In this document: positions 10,381-22,625 of the stretch, in pieces
Position numbering within the stretch: position 1 is the first letter of the stretch
Layout of the letters: every line of letters starts with the position of its first letter
Origin: Callorhinchus milii
Lineage: Eukaryota
Assembly: GCF_018977255.1 (NCBI RefSeq)
Contig: NW_024704749.1
Coordinates: forward strand, 2,852,001 to 2,916,000
Reading direction: 5' to 3'
DNA length: 64,000 bases
Translations under genes and position numbers: made by a program
Notes under the pieces: generated by a model
What the model was told of the DNA's origin: nothing
Seen by the model: only the letters and a program-made list of their open reading frames with translations
Database searches by the model: none

Positions 10381-13039
10381 TCGTGTTTTTTCTCTGTCCT
10401 GCCTTCCTTAATCCTGCAGTGTGCTGTTTCAAACTTGTTCCTTTGCCTGTTGTACAAAGTAAGGGAATCTTAAGCAGACTTATCCCAGCATGTGAAATTG
10501 CTCTAATATAATCATTCTTGATGTGATTGTTTTTATCGATCTGTTGTTCTGTAGTTTCTTGGTTTGTACTCAGTCAGTGTGAGTCATTTGTGAGTCAGAA
10601 GGTTGCGAGTTCAAGCCCCATGTCGGGACTTTGTAAAGTGCTTTTAGATGCCTGAACAAAATGTTGAGGTGCTGTATCAAGTATTATATTGCAATGGAGT
10701 GATTGGAATCTGGTGCTGACAGTGTGGGGAGCTGTGCCTGCAGACACATGACAATCACTCTTTGGAGTAGTGTTGGAGGACTCCTGAGAGCAGTACTCGA
10801 GCATGACTGCCTCATATTGGGGTATCAATAAAAAGTTAATTATAACGGGATGATTTACTGGACGGTCTGTCCAAAGCTTGCCATTTGTCCATGTGTTGCC
10901 ATTTCAGTCCATTTGTCTGATTAACTAATTACATCTTTATTCATACAATAATAACCCTAATCTGATTGCTGTAAAGCACAGATACTCTGGTTCCTGAAGG
11001 GAGTGGCAGTAATGGGAGAGAAAGAGAGAGAGGCAGGCAGTGCAGGCTTGCTTGGTTTACAGGCTCCTGGAGTGTGTCATATTGATAGTGGCAGGTTTTT
11101 GGCAAGTAAATCGAACCTCTGGCTCCTTTACCTGACAAGTTTTCTGGAGTCATTATTCACTCGAGAAACTCCTGTACAGTTTGAAGTGACTTTTAGCGGA
11201 ATATAATTGATCCAATTTAATTGTTTTCTTTTATTAGGAATGGAAAGCTGAAACTTGTGCAGTACTTCCAATTCATACTAATAGTTTATCTTGTCTTACT
11301 GTCCATCATAAGTTCCTTTTGTCTCTCTCCCGGGGTGTTTTGAGATTTCCGAGCATGCCATCAGATGAACATTGTACTCTGCAATGAAATGGAATATGTT
11401 CGCCTCCATTGTCCCCTCCACAGAGAGGTCATTCCCCCAGGATTCCTTTGTGGTGAATTTGGCCTTCTATGTTACCTTGTAACAGTAGAACATTTTTCCA
11501 AGTTAGGTAATACAGTACAATCATTACTTTCTTTTAGTGTAAAAAACCCTTTATCTCCCAAAATGCAGAAAGCACTCTGGGACGCTACCCTGTGTAAGGT
11601 GCACTGTGTAAATGCAAGTTGTTGGTGTTGTATCTCAGATTAGCAAAAGCATGATCAGAAGCAGAATAATTTCCTTCTTTCAGAGCCCATTGTTGTACCT
11701 TAACTAGAGTTTGTAACATTCACAATCCCAAAACCAGCTATCTTTGTCATTTCTTTGCCAATTTACTTTCAATTTGTTCATGGCTACTGTCTAACAATGG
11801 ACACATAAATTAGATTGAGACTTTTTCCCAAACTCAAGTCAAATGGCTTCCATATACTCAGTGCAGAGGGATCTTTATCTCACCTGGAAGCAGCAGTTCC
11901 TCCCACTTAAATCTTGTTAATCCTTCAAACCAACTACAGCGGTAACAGGTAGTGTGGTCCTAGCTAGAGAATCAGCAGGAATCTTTCTGGACAGTGCTCT
12001 CAAGGACAAACTGAGGTTTTAGCTGGTTGACCTCCAGCAGTACGTAAAGCAGACTCTGGGGTTCCCAAGACTTGGCTCTTGCCAACCTATGCCTAATACT
12101 CTCCAGAATTAGATAAGCACGTTGCACCCCTCCAGGGAGAGAGCGCACATTTCCATTCCAGACTCAGTAAAATGTTCATGTGTAAATAAATGTATGTGGA
12201 ACTCAGTCTTGTTTGGATACTCTTAAGCAAGATGATGGGTTTCTACATGTATCAGACACCAGGTGACCAAAAGAGACATGGAACCCAGGTACCAAAGGTA
12301 AAAGATCACTGAGTTCACACACTGCACTGTTACAGTAACCTTTAAAATAAGCAGCAACTTTAATTTAATGCAAAAGGTGCAATTAGCTTTTTAAAAATAT
12401 TACATAATATCACAAACTGTTGGTTTCACTGAATACTTTCAACTTCTTCTTTTCAGTTGTTGTCTGATTCTGGAGTAAAACCAGTGCCTTGTGTGCAAAG
12501 CAAGAAACTGTCTGCAGGAAATCACTGTGATAGATTTTTGTTTAATTGATTGTAAATTTAGGAGAAAAGATTTCCCCCTCACCAGACAAAAGCTAGACAT
12601 CGTTTGTGTTTCTGAAATTTCTCTGGCCTTTCTCCAACTCGCCCTTGCTTGTGTGGAGTGCCTCTCAGAGGGCAGACTGGAGACCGAGGACGAGACTGAT
12701 GCCAGTGTAGCAATATTGGAGGTTGCTCGGGGGGTGTCTGAGGTTTTCACTGCAGTGATTGGTTCTTCAGTGTATTCTCCATTCCTAGGGGGGAAAGGCA
12801 TAGTCTTTGCTTAGGGTCAGGAGCTCCTCGTGCATTGAATAATATCCGTCAAACTCTCCTAAAATTCTGCAAACATACCCACACGTCTACCCCTGTAAAA
12901 ACCTGAACTGTTCATTTTAATTTTGAAAAATCATTTTATTGTGACCTAGAGTGCCTATAGAGTTTATTCCAATGGTTAGTTGTCAGGTTTTTCTCATTGA
13001 TGGAATAAACTGGGTTCTCCGCTGTTCCCTGTTGTGAGT

Positions 13040-13260
13040 TCATGAGAAATACCGATGTGGAACTGGCTGACTCAAACCTTAGATGAAGTAAAAAGCATCA
13101 ATGTATTTAAGAGGAAACTTGATGCATTCCTGAGGGAGAGGGCTATAGAAGAGAGGATTCGGAGGGGTGGAGGTTCATGTGGAGTAAAAATGCCAGCAAG
13201 GACTAATTGGGCTGAACAGACGAGATCCATGCTGTAACATTCTATGTAATTCGATGTGTA
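13040..13260 (+). mobile_element. CR1 LINE 3' fragment
   Basis: ORF WNWLTQTLDEVKSINVFKRKLDAFL is a CR1 ORF2 C-terminus; ttctatgt-like tail. Confidence 0.75.
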
Positions 13261-13564
13261 GAAACTCTGGCTGGGTTGCACTCCACATGGAGGTCGCTGT
13301 ATAAATGCAAATGTTGTATAAGCTGGACCAGTGCATAATTCCATGGCAGCACAAGAACCATCATGTTCCCTGGAACTTGTCATCAATTCTATTTCCATTG
13401 GTCTGTACTGTTTTCTGAACAAATTAATCATCATAGCATTTTCATCAAACCCTGCTTGCTTCTGCTGGGATCAGTATGAAGAATTCTGAGGAAGAAAATA
13501 TTCAAGTCTTGTGGCTCTAGTTCAGAGCTCACAAACCAGACTAGCTGTTTACATCGACAGGTCA

Positions 13565-13729
13565 GAAATTCCACCTGGGTCTAGATTTACTCTTACTTAT
13601 GTAGCATTTCAAAGTATCAATATTGTGATAAATTGCTGAATTCAGTTTTAACTTTGAAGTCAGTTTTCTATAGTTTAGGACCTTTATTTGCTACATAAAT
13701 GGAGCAAATCTAAACTCAAATGGAATTTC
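13565..13729. mobile_element. MITE with ~26-bp imperfect terminal inverted repeats
   Basis: Left gaaattccacctgggtctagatttac (13565-13590) pairs with right gcaaatctaaactcaaatggaatttc (13704-13729). Confidence 0.65.
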
Positions 13730-13900
13730 TCTTTCAACAGTACTTTTTTCAGTGTTTTGAAGACTTAGGTCATACCCTTTCTGAGTCTTTTCTCTACAAA
13801 AAACAAGATTATTACTGGAATCATTTTTATTACTGTGAGTTTAAAACCCATGTACGTAGGTTCTTTGTTATCCCAATTTTGAACAGACTATTTATTTCAG

Positions 13901-13997
13901 GATGTGGAAAAGGAATATGTCGGATTTGCCACGTTACCCAACCAGGTTCATCGCAAATCTGTGAAGAAAGGCTTTGACTTCACATTAATGGTAGCAG
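13901..13997 (+). CDS. SEPT5: Septin-5 exon ([32 protein letters not shown])
   Basis: ttcag|GAT..GCAG|gtaagt; 97 nt; polybasic region of SEPT2-group septins. Confidence 0.97.
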
Positions 13998-14507
13998 GTA
14001 AGTGAATTGGCTATGGTGTCTCTGTGCTTGCTTGGAATGTGACAAATGAAAATGACTACACTCAATCTAGCACTACGACAGTGCATAGTCCCAGAGATAT
14101 TGGGTCACACACATATAACAGGAATAGAATCTCTCCTAAGGTAATGGGATAAAATCATAGAAATTACATCATAGGAGCAGGCCATATAACCCACTGGTGA
14201 TTGATTCTCCACTGTAACTAACTAGTCAAATCCCAATTCCATGTCCTTTATACGTAGAAATTAGGGGAACTATGCTGGAAACTTTCGTGAACTTATGTGC
14301 TGCAGAGATGGCGTAGAAAGGTGGAATATAGCTAGTGGTTCGGTCTTTTAAAAAGGTTTGAAAGTGAGATACTGGCAACTATAATGCTGCTATTTCGAAA
14401 ATATTTGTGAACAGTGCCTCTGGTAAAACAAAAAAAATGAAGTGTTACGAATGGGAGTAAAGTCAGTTATCCCAAGCGAACTTTGATTTGTGAAGCTCAA
14501 CTGATAG

Positions 14508-14696
14508 CTGATAGCTCAGTGGTGAAGAGCTTGGCAGAGCAGGAAACTCCCTAGTCTGATCCCCAGTCTAAACTGTGTTAGCTGATCTCAGACAAGACAG
14601 GAATAATGGTGTTGCATTGGTATGAGAGTGATTGCAAGCGCTCTGAGACGCCGTCTGGCGTGAAGGCCGCTATATAAATGCAAGTTGTTGTAGTTG
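14508..14696 (+). mobile_element. LF-SINE-like head joined to an L2-type tail
   Basis: cagagcaggaaactccctagtctgatccccagtctaaactgtgttagctgatctcag matches the recalled LF-SINE 5' region; ends gcgctctgagacg..gtgaagg..gctatataaatgcaagttgttg. Confidence 0.55.
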
Positions 14697-14959
14697 ACTG
14701 TGAGGCTGACAGATCTGAGTGCAGGAGTAACTTATGATGATTGGGTGCAGACTGCTAAGTCCTGCAGGCTGACTAAGTTGATTCAATGCAGCAACTGTTG
14801 TGAGTTGTTAGGTTCCCATCGAAAAGATGTAGGAAAAAAGGTTACTGTTTTTAGCAAGCAGTGTAAGTTGCATGTAAATCCGAATACCACTCTTTGTGAT
14901 TAGATTTACAGCATTTACAGAACTGTATTTATACGCTTAACATTCACTTTCCTCCACAG

Positions 14960-15046
14960 GGGAGTCTGGCTTAGGGAAATCTACCCTTGTAAAGAGTCTC
15001 TTCCTTACAGATCTTTATAAAGACAGGAAGCTTCTCAATGCAGAAG
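14960..15046 (+). CDS. SEPT5: Septin-5 exon with P-loop ([29 protein letters not shown])
   Basis: cacag|..AAG|gtaag; 87 nt; G1 motif GESGLGKST. Confidence 0.97.
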
Positions 15047-15344
15047 GTAAGAGCTGAAAATTACAGTATTTGCTTCTAGTCTGAGGAGTTTGAACTGGCT
15101 CATTCCAGAGAGCAATAGGGAAATTGGGCACGTAGGTGAAAAAAATGTTAATTTCATTTACTAATGGGAATGAAATCTATTCCTATTTTACAACAGGAGT
15201 CAAAAAGGACCAGAACTTTTTCCTGAATTACAGCGGGATGCCAGTCTATGACAAATAGAACCTCCACAGATAACTTTCCTTCAGATCATCAGATTGTTGA
15301 CGTTTCAAAGCAGTCAGTAGCAGTAAATTTGTTATTGTAAATAA

Positions 15345-15750
15345 TAATGATAATAATCCTTAGATTTGATATCCCACATTGTGAGATGTCTCAAAGTGCT
15401 TCACAGGATACGCTGTACACTGATGCTTAGTTGTGGGTGAACACGGCAGCCGATTTGCACATAGCAATATCCCACAAACATGGAGTGAATGACCAATTAT
15501 ATTCGGGTAATTGTTGGCCAGGACACTGTGAGAAACCTCCTTCTCTTTCCGAATGGTGCCATAGGATCTTTAATGTCCACCTGCAGATGAGATGTTGGTT
15601 TAACTTCATAACCAGAGGACCACACCTCCGACAATGCAGCACACCACCAGCAGTGCGTTCGCATGTTAGGATAAACAATATGAATTCAAAGTGCTGACGT
15701 GAGGCTTGAACTCATAACCTTCTGACTCCGAGGCCACCAATTGAGCCAGG
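15345..15750 (-). mobile_element. Old full-length Deu-domain SINE
   Basis: Minus strand: tggctcaattggtgg..gagtcagaaggttatgagttcaagcc head, complete Deu domain (gtggacattaaagatcctatggcacc), tail ggattattat. Confidence 0.7.
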
Positions 15751-16204
15751 CTGACATTGTAGTCATTGTCCCCCATGGATTTTATTGGCTTTCAACAATA
15801 CAGGGAATACTTGAGATGACAAAAGAAACTGATACGGAAATTCCCTAATTGTGTAACAATACCAGACTGTAATTCAGGAACGCAGCAGCTAATTTGAACA
15901 CATCAATTAACTGGAGTTTCCGGCGTGGAGGGCGCTGTATAAATCCAAGTTGTTGCTGTTATTATTGTTGGCACTGGGATAAACTGCTTCCCTTTTGGAA
16001 TAGTGTCATGGATTCTTCTGACCCAGAGGCAAAAGTTCTGCCGACTAAGCCAAGGAATTATGTTGCTTACACTCAGTGGGTTAAATTACAGCAAATGGAA
16101 TAAATATGTTTTTTCCTAATTTGTCAAAATTGTGAAATAAAGATAGAACACTGTGATTGGGTTTGAAGGAGAGTGCTGCTACGTTTTATTGGCCTGTTTT
16201 ACAG

Positions 16205-16328
16205 AAAGGATCAATCAAACGGTGGAGATTATAAAACACACAGTGGACATTGAAGAAAAAGGTGTTAAACTGAAGCTGACGATAGTTGACACGCCGGGAT
16301 TTGGGGATGCTGTGAATAATATGCAGAG
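16205..16328 (+). CDS. SEPT5: Septin-5 exon ([41 protein letters not shown])
   Basis: tacag|AA..AG|gtacg; 124 nt; G3 motif DTPG. Confidence 0.97.
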
Positions 16329-17074
16329 GTACGAAGATAGCTGATGTCACTGAGGTAGAGTTACTGTGCAGAATTCTGCCGAACAAAATGTCAGGAACAA
16401 AAATCCCTATGTCAGGAAGACAAGAGACACACCTCCACGTTCTGTATCCATCCAAAAGGTCGCCAGGGTATACCAGCAGTGGAACTTCACATTTGTACCT
16501 GTAGAATTTTCTCTAATAATGCCACAGAATTGAAATTATTCCACCCCATTCAAAGGACAAGCCTTCAGTCACCAAGCTACTTGACCTTGCTGACTCTCTT
16601 CTTTTCTTTCAATAACCTCTTAAAAAACAATCTATTCACCTGCGCCTTTGTCAATCTTTAAACTTCTCTCACTTCTTGCTTGGAATCTATTTTCTTATCA
16701 GTTAAGACAGTTAAGACATTTGAAACATTATACAGTGTAAATGGCGCTACATAAATGTAAACTGTTATTGTTGTATACTGAAGCCCGAAATTCCACCTGG
16801 GTCCAGAACTTACACTATTCTCTTCAAATGTCCAAAATGTGTCGAATTCTTTAGCCTTAATTTTTAAGCTGGTTTTCTGCAGTTCTTAGAATACTGAAAT
16901 ACCGCCTCGGTGATACTGCACCTTATTCCAGGGTGTACCGTTGGTAAGACACTGACTGTTTAATGAGGTGGGTGAAAAAAGACCATGCTTTGTTGACATC
17001 TGTACCTGAGCTGCAATTGGAAGCCCCCCAGCAATCACTGAATTCCCTGATCTCAGTTGCTCTGTGCTTTGCAG

Positions 17075-17209
17075 CTGGAAACCCATCGCAGATTACATCG
17101 ACCAGCAGTTTGAACAATATTTCCGAGATGAGAGTGGACTAAACCGCAAGAACATTCAGGACAACCGAGTTCACTGCTGCCTGTATTTCATTTCTCCGTA
17201 TGGACATGG
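17075..17209 (+). CDS. SEPT5: Septin-5 exon ([44 protein letters not shown])
   Basis: tgcag|C..GG|gtaag; 135 nt. Confidence 0.97.
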
Positions 17210-17803
17210 GTAAGAGGATGAGCTGGCCATTGGGTGGGGGAGGACAGAGTACGTGGAGTATGTGCTACAGGTTGGTAAATGTTTTGCATCACTCTTTATG
17301 TTACCTCCAGTGTAAACTCGCTTCAGTTTGTGACACAGAGTCAGCATTCCACACCAATGTCAACACTGTTGTGAAGATTTGACGAGGAAAACTATATGAA
17401 TAATGCAGTGAACTCCTGGATATTTACACTGAAGTGCAGCAGATGTTAGGAGCTATCAGATATCTAGCACTTTATTACATCTTCCTGATGTGAAAGGCAT
17501 TATACTGTATAAATATAAATTGTATTGTATTCAATGTTGATACATGTGTAAAGCACTCTTGAAGTCATTGTGGTTGGAAATATTAATTGGATGGGTTAGT
17601 TGGAAATATTTGTGGTCTGTTTTGAGTTCTCTTTGTATAAGGGAAGGAGAAAAGGTTGCTCTTTGATCTTTAGGTTTCTGTGTTATCTGCACAATGTAGA
17701 TCTTAATGTTTGATCTGTTTGTGAGGCTCAGGTGAAGGAAGAGCCTCTCTATTACCTGCTTAGTGTCAGTTTCAGTGAGGGATCTCTTTTTCTCTGGGTG
17801 CAG

Positions 17804-17921
17804 GTTGCGGCCGGTCGACACAGAATTCATGAAGGCGCTACACGAGAAAGTGAACATTGTGCCGGTGATCGCGAAAGCTGACTCGCTCACACCCATTGAG
17901 GTGAAGAAACTCAAAGAGAGG
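17804..17921 (+). CDS. SEPT5: Septin-5 exon ([39 protein letters not shown])
   Basis: tgcag|G..AGG|gtgag; 118 nt; G4 motif AKAD. Confidence 0.97.
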
Positions 17922-18010
17922 GTGAGACACATTATTGTCCCTTCAGGGAGAATTAAAATTTGAAGCTGAAGATGTTCTTTATGATTCAACACTGTGTGTG
18001 TGTTTTCTGT

Positions 18011-18151
18011 NNNNNNNNNNNNNNNNNNNNNNNNNNNNNNNNNNNNNNNNNNNNNNNNNNNNNNNNNNNNNNNNNNNNNNNNNNNNNNNNNNNNNNNNNN
18101 NNNNNNNNNNNNNNNNNNNNNNNNNNNNNNNNNNNNNNNNNNNNNNNNNNN
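18011..18151. other. Assembly gap (N run)
   Basis: 141 consecutive N. Confidence 1.
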
Positions 18152-18166
18152 GCTGCAAAGTGGGTA

Positions 18167-18394
18167 GAAATTCCACATAGGTCTAAATTTACTCTACTAG
18201 CACAGCAATCGGAGTGCAAAGTTTAGCCAATTGTTGAATTCAATTTTGACTTTGAAGATGATTTTCTCTACTTTTATTAAAAAATTTTTACAGAAAACCT
18301 GCATAAACGTTAGATTGCACTTAACAATTTGACAAATTTTGAATGCTCTGAAATGCTACATTGAAAGAATAAATATGGACTTAGGTGGACTTAC
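18167..18394. mobile_element. MITE, same family as 13565-13729
   Basis: Left gaaattccacataggtctaaattt pairs with right aaatatggacttaggtggacttac; internal ttgttgaattcaattttgactttgaag shared with the 13565 copy. Confidence 0.6.
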
Positions 18395-18898
18395 CATCCA
18401 AAGCTGTGTGCCTGTCAGTTTCCCGTATGTTGGAAGCTGTCACTGCGATGAGATAAACCTTAGTAAGGTGTGAACTTTGCGTACATTTTCTTTTAAATAA
18501 CATTTTGCAATTATTTTGATGTAAATTATTCTACAGTATAAGCCAATTAATTGATTAGATATTCCTTTTCTTGGTCAATCTTTATATTCCTATGTTTTCC
18601 AATCACTGTGGTGGGTGGGCGTGGGGCGGGGGAGGGGTTTACATGGTTGTATATAATCATTATCGATCCCCAGGAAAAACTCCATTCTCATTTTGAATGA
18701 TATCACGGGATCTTTAACTTCAACTTGAACTTGGTGGAGACTGTATGGAATGTCACTTGTCTCGATCAAGGATACACCTAGCCTTCAATATAAATCGAAC
18801 AGGAACAGTTTCTCAAGCAGTTGTGCTCTTGTGTGTTTTAAGCATTGACTCTTTGTATTAACACAAACTATATCTTGTTACTCTCTGAACCAACATAG

Positions 18899-19000
18899 AT
18901 TAGAGATGAAATTGAACTGTTCGGAATTAAGATCTATCAATTCCCAGAGTGCGACTCTGATGAGGATGATGATTTTAAACAGCAAGACAAGGAGCTAAAG
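18899..19000 (+). CDS. SEPT5: Septin-5 exon ([34 protein letters not shown])
   Basis: catag|ATT..AAG|gtgagt; 102 nt. Confidence 0.97.
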
Positions 19001-19512
19001 GTGAGTTGGAGTGATGTCTAAGGATGTGGATTGTGAGATGAGGATAAGCAACATAAGAAAAGAGTAAAGAGATGAAATCGGAGCTTCGCAGAAGATCCAG
19101 GTTGGCAGCTGAAGATGAGTGAGGGAAATAGAAATTCATTCAGATTAAAATTGTAACTGAGCCAATCCTGGCTCCAACTCAGATTCCAGCCTCCACTTGG
19201 AGTGCAATTGGGAAAAGAACTTTCTCCAGTTTGCTTGTTGGCTGTACATATTAACACAAAACGTATCTTGTTATTTCTTGCTCTGATATAGATTAGTGAT
19301 GAAACTGGATACTGTAGTTTGAAATGAGTGAGTTAGTGCAATAAGCCATGTTTTAAGCAGAAATGTGAGGCAAATTACCGGGTTTCTCGTTAAATAACTC
19401 CACCACAATACTACTCTTCCCAAGTCATTTTTGGTTTTGTATTCAGTTGTCTTGCCTCCTTGGTTAGTTTTGAGACACTCAATAAGATTTCTTTGTATCT
19501 GGTTATTTACAG

Positions 19513-19609
19513 GAGAGCATTCCCTTTGCAGTCATTGGCAGTAACACGGTAGTGGAAGCACGGGGTCAGAGGGTTCGTGGACGACTGTACCCGTGGGGTA
19601 TTGTAGAAG
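19513..19609 (+). CDS. SEPT5: Septin-5 exon ([32 protein letters not shown])
   Basis: tacag|GAG..AAG|gtgag; 97 nt; septin unique element. Confidence 0.97.
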
Positions 19610-19821
19610 GTGAGCTTTTTCTGGTAAAGAAAGCATTCCACACAGAAGTGTTCAGAACATGAAGTGTGCAGCAACTTCCATCAGACTGCAGTTAAAGTTG
19701 ATTCACTCCATGGCTTTTTGTGGGATATTGCTGTGCGCAACTGGCTACCGTGTTTCATCCACAAAGTTAACAGTCAATCCACTTTACAGTATATCCTGTG
19801 AAGAGCTTTGAGACATTTCAA

Positions 19822-20128
19822 AGTCCTGTAGCTCAGTGGTTAGAGCGCTCGCCTTGCAAGTGAGACACCTGGGTTCAATTCCAGGCAGGGCGAAACCTTG
19901 GACAAGTTTCCTTACTCCACACACCTAATAATAATCCCTCTAAAACAAAACAATAATAAATTGGTCATTTTCAATCCACGACTGTTTGTGGGACACTGCT
20001 GTGTACAATTGGCTGCCTCGTTTCGTCCACAAATATACAGTCAATTCACTTTACAGTCTACTCTGAAGTGCTTTGAGACATCTAGAAGACGTGAAAAGCG
20101 CTATATCAAATGCAAGGATTATTATTAT
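19822..20128 (+). mobile_element. tRNA-Ala-derived Deu-type SINE
   Basis: Head with A and B boxes, Deu body, (TAT)n tail; preceded by an older Deu fragment (~19700-19820). Confidence 0.88.
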
Positions 20129-21681
20129 CTCAATTATGTGATAAGGTGCTATATCAAACTCAAAGATTAATATAATTATTATTAATAGCAATTACTTTGT
20201 TATAAGGTGTACTTGATCTTTTATGAAACATGAAGATTATCAATTTATTATTAAAAGTCAGTTTAGCAATAGCTGTTCTTGTTAGTGGTGGCACAATATC
20301 TAACCAGAATTACTGGGAAAAAAAGTAAGTTGTGAAATAGACAAAAAATTTTCCCATGGCAGGCAGTGAATTCAAACATAAGTGTTTGATGTTCATTCAG
20401 TTTCCTGTTCACTATTCCAGGATTTAAACATATATAAAGCATTGGAGGAAGGGACGGTTGTTTTCAGACTGTTTTGGGCACTTCAGCCACTGATCATATC
20501 TAAAACCTTGAGAGGAAGGAATGTTTGACTATGAAACACTCTTTAAGTACATGGTATTCCAGAATAGGTCAACCATCTGGAGATCACAATAACATGGGAC
20601 TGAATATGCAAGCAGAGAAAAGGGAACATTCCATTGTATGTATGTAACATTTAAAGACTGTATTGTGTGTAGCACTGTACCACCCTATAATTGTGTGTGT
20701 GTTAATGAGATTAAGCACTTACTGTGTCATTCAATTATAAACAAAGGTGTGTCAATGGAGAATGTACCCAAATTGGGCAGTGCATCTACAGACAATGAAC
20801 AAAACATTGTTCCTCCCAGTAATAGGCAGTGTTTCCATAGAGAATAAGTACATAGTATATTATTCAGTGAATGATAACAAAATATCCCATACTTGTCTTA
20901 TCCCATAAGCGCCTTCGGTCACCCTCCCATTCCTTCCCTTCCTGCCCTCCACCCCTCCTGATCCCAACCCCCAGCTTGGGTCCAGATCCCTGACTGTCCA
21001 GGGTCTTCGGACGTCATCCCGACGTGAAAAGTGGTATACATTTGTTGTAGTGTGCATCCACAGTATATTAACACAAAACATATCCAGCAAAATGCAGCTG
21101 TACAACTAAATACCTTGCAGCATTGAGTGGTGCGGGCTCATACAGGGTAGACATCTCCTGTCTATTTCATAATGGAAGAGGGAAGATCGTGTAACTAATA
21201 CTGTTCTTGGGGATATTCCATGGATTCCATGATTTTACATAGATATAGCAGACATAGATTTTACATAGAATGAAAAAAAGGCCATTAACCATCAAGTTTA
21301 TTCTTTCCAGACTCGTGCAAAATCCTATGCTGCTGTGAACTTCGCCAACCCATTCCATCTCCCCAGTCCTTAAAACAAGGAAGAAAAAACACAGAATATT
21401 GCTTCATCCCCAGATTACAATTATTCCACCCTGGTGTACAATCCTCAAAAACATGCCCCTTTGTCCCAACCCAACAATACAGAAAATATAGCAATCCCTT
21501 AGCAGAAAGAAAGAACAAGGAGAGTGAAAAGATTGAAGGATCAGGTTATTTAAACTGAGAAAGCGAGAAATTGCAATCACACATGAATGGGATTAACACA
21601 GAGTGACTAAATGAATATGCCTTGACATTGTGTGCATTTGAAACAGATGATCAAAGTTGGTTTTCTTTTTGTCCTGTGCAG

Positions 21682-21817
21682 TGGAGAACCAGTCGCACTG
21701 CGATTTTGTTAAACTGCGAAATATGCTGATCCGAACACACATGCAGGACTTAAAGGACGTGACCTGGGACGTTCATTATGAGAATTTCAGAGCCAGATGT
21801 ATCCAGGAGATGACTAG
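21682..21817 (+). CDS. SEPT5: Septin-5 exon ([44 protein letters not shown])
   Basis: tgcag|TG..AG|gtcag; 136 nt. Confidence 0.97.
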
Positions 21818-22056
21818 GTCAGTTTTGTTCTCCACCTCTTACTCAGAGCACTCATTAAACAGGATATCAGTGAATTTAGTTTGCATCACAAAAATGTGAC
21901 TAGATGCTAAAATAGTTGTCTTGTGAAGCAAAACTGATGCTTGCGGAATTAAAAATATATAATTGTCACTTTTTTTAGGCAGCTAAAATGTACTGATGTG
22001 CTCAGGGAGAGCAGAGGGTGTTGGTTTGTGCAGGCTAAGGTGTAACACATTTCAGG

Positions 22057-22289
22057 CCTGAAATTATACATAAATTTAGCCTACATGATCATTTGGTCTT
22101 CAAATTGAAGATCATGCAGAATTGTGCATATTCTTAAATGGAGTCTTAATTTGCAATCTGGTTCTGTTGAAGAATTGTTGAATACTCCCTTCCAAATTCA
22201 GGGTAAACTTAAGAATGTTCCACAATTCTACCCGATCTTCAATTTGAAGACAAAATAAGTCCTGCAGGCTAAGATTGTGTGGATTCTGG
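22057..22289. repeat. Fold-back element with ~80-bp inverted arms
   Basis: gtcttcaaattgaagatc (22096-22113) is the exact reverse complement of 22234-22251; agaattgtg/cacaattct and attcttaa/ttaagaat also pair. Confidence 0.8.
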
Positions 22290-22519
22290 ATAGTCTGCTT
22301 TCAACACAGACTGAAATAGTTCTAAAAGCTGAACCTGGAGCTGTCCAGATGCCCAGGGTACACTGAATCAGGCAACATACTCTTAATACTATATAGTATT
22401 TGCTTATGAAAAACAGTTGCTTGTAAATCTAAAAAATGACTGAAATAAATTCACTGGTTGCAGTTCTGATGGTGTCATGGATGGACCTGCAGTTTATGGG
22501 CTAGGAGGTTACTGAGTTT

Positions 22520-22625
22520 GTTGAACTCTGCCAGGCTGCATGAGGAGGCTAAATTAGCCGCAGCCCATCTGTGGTTAGGGAGGGGAAAACCAAGTAGGAT
22601 TCCTGCCCCTCGTCCCTCTTCTTAT
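22520..22625 (+). mobile_element. LF-SINE-like remnant
   Basis: ggttagggaggggaaaaccaagtaggattcctgcccct resembles the recalled LF-SINE core GGCTAGGGAGGGGAAAATCAGCCAGGGTTCCTGCTCCT. Confidence 0.5.
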
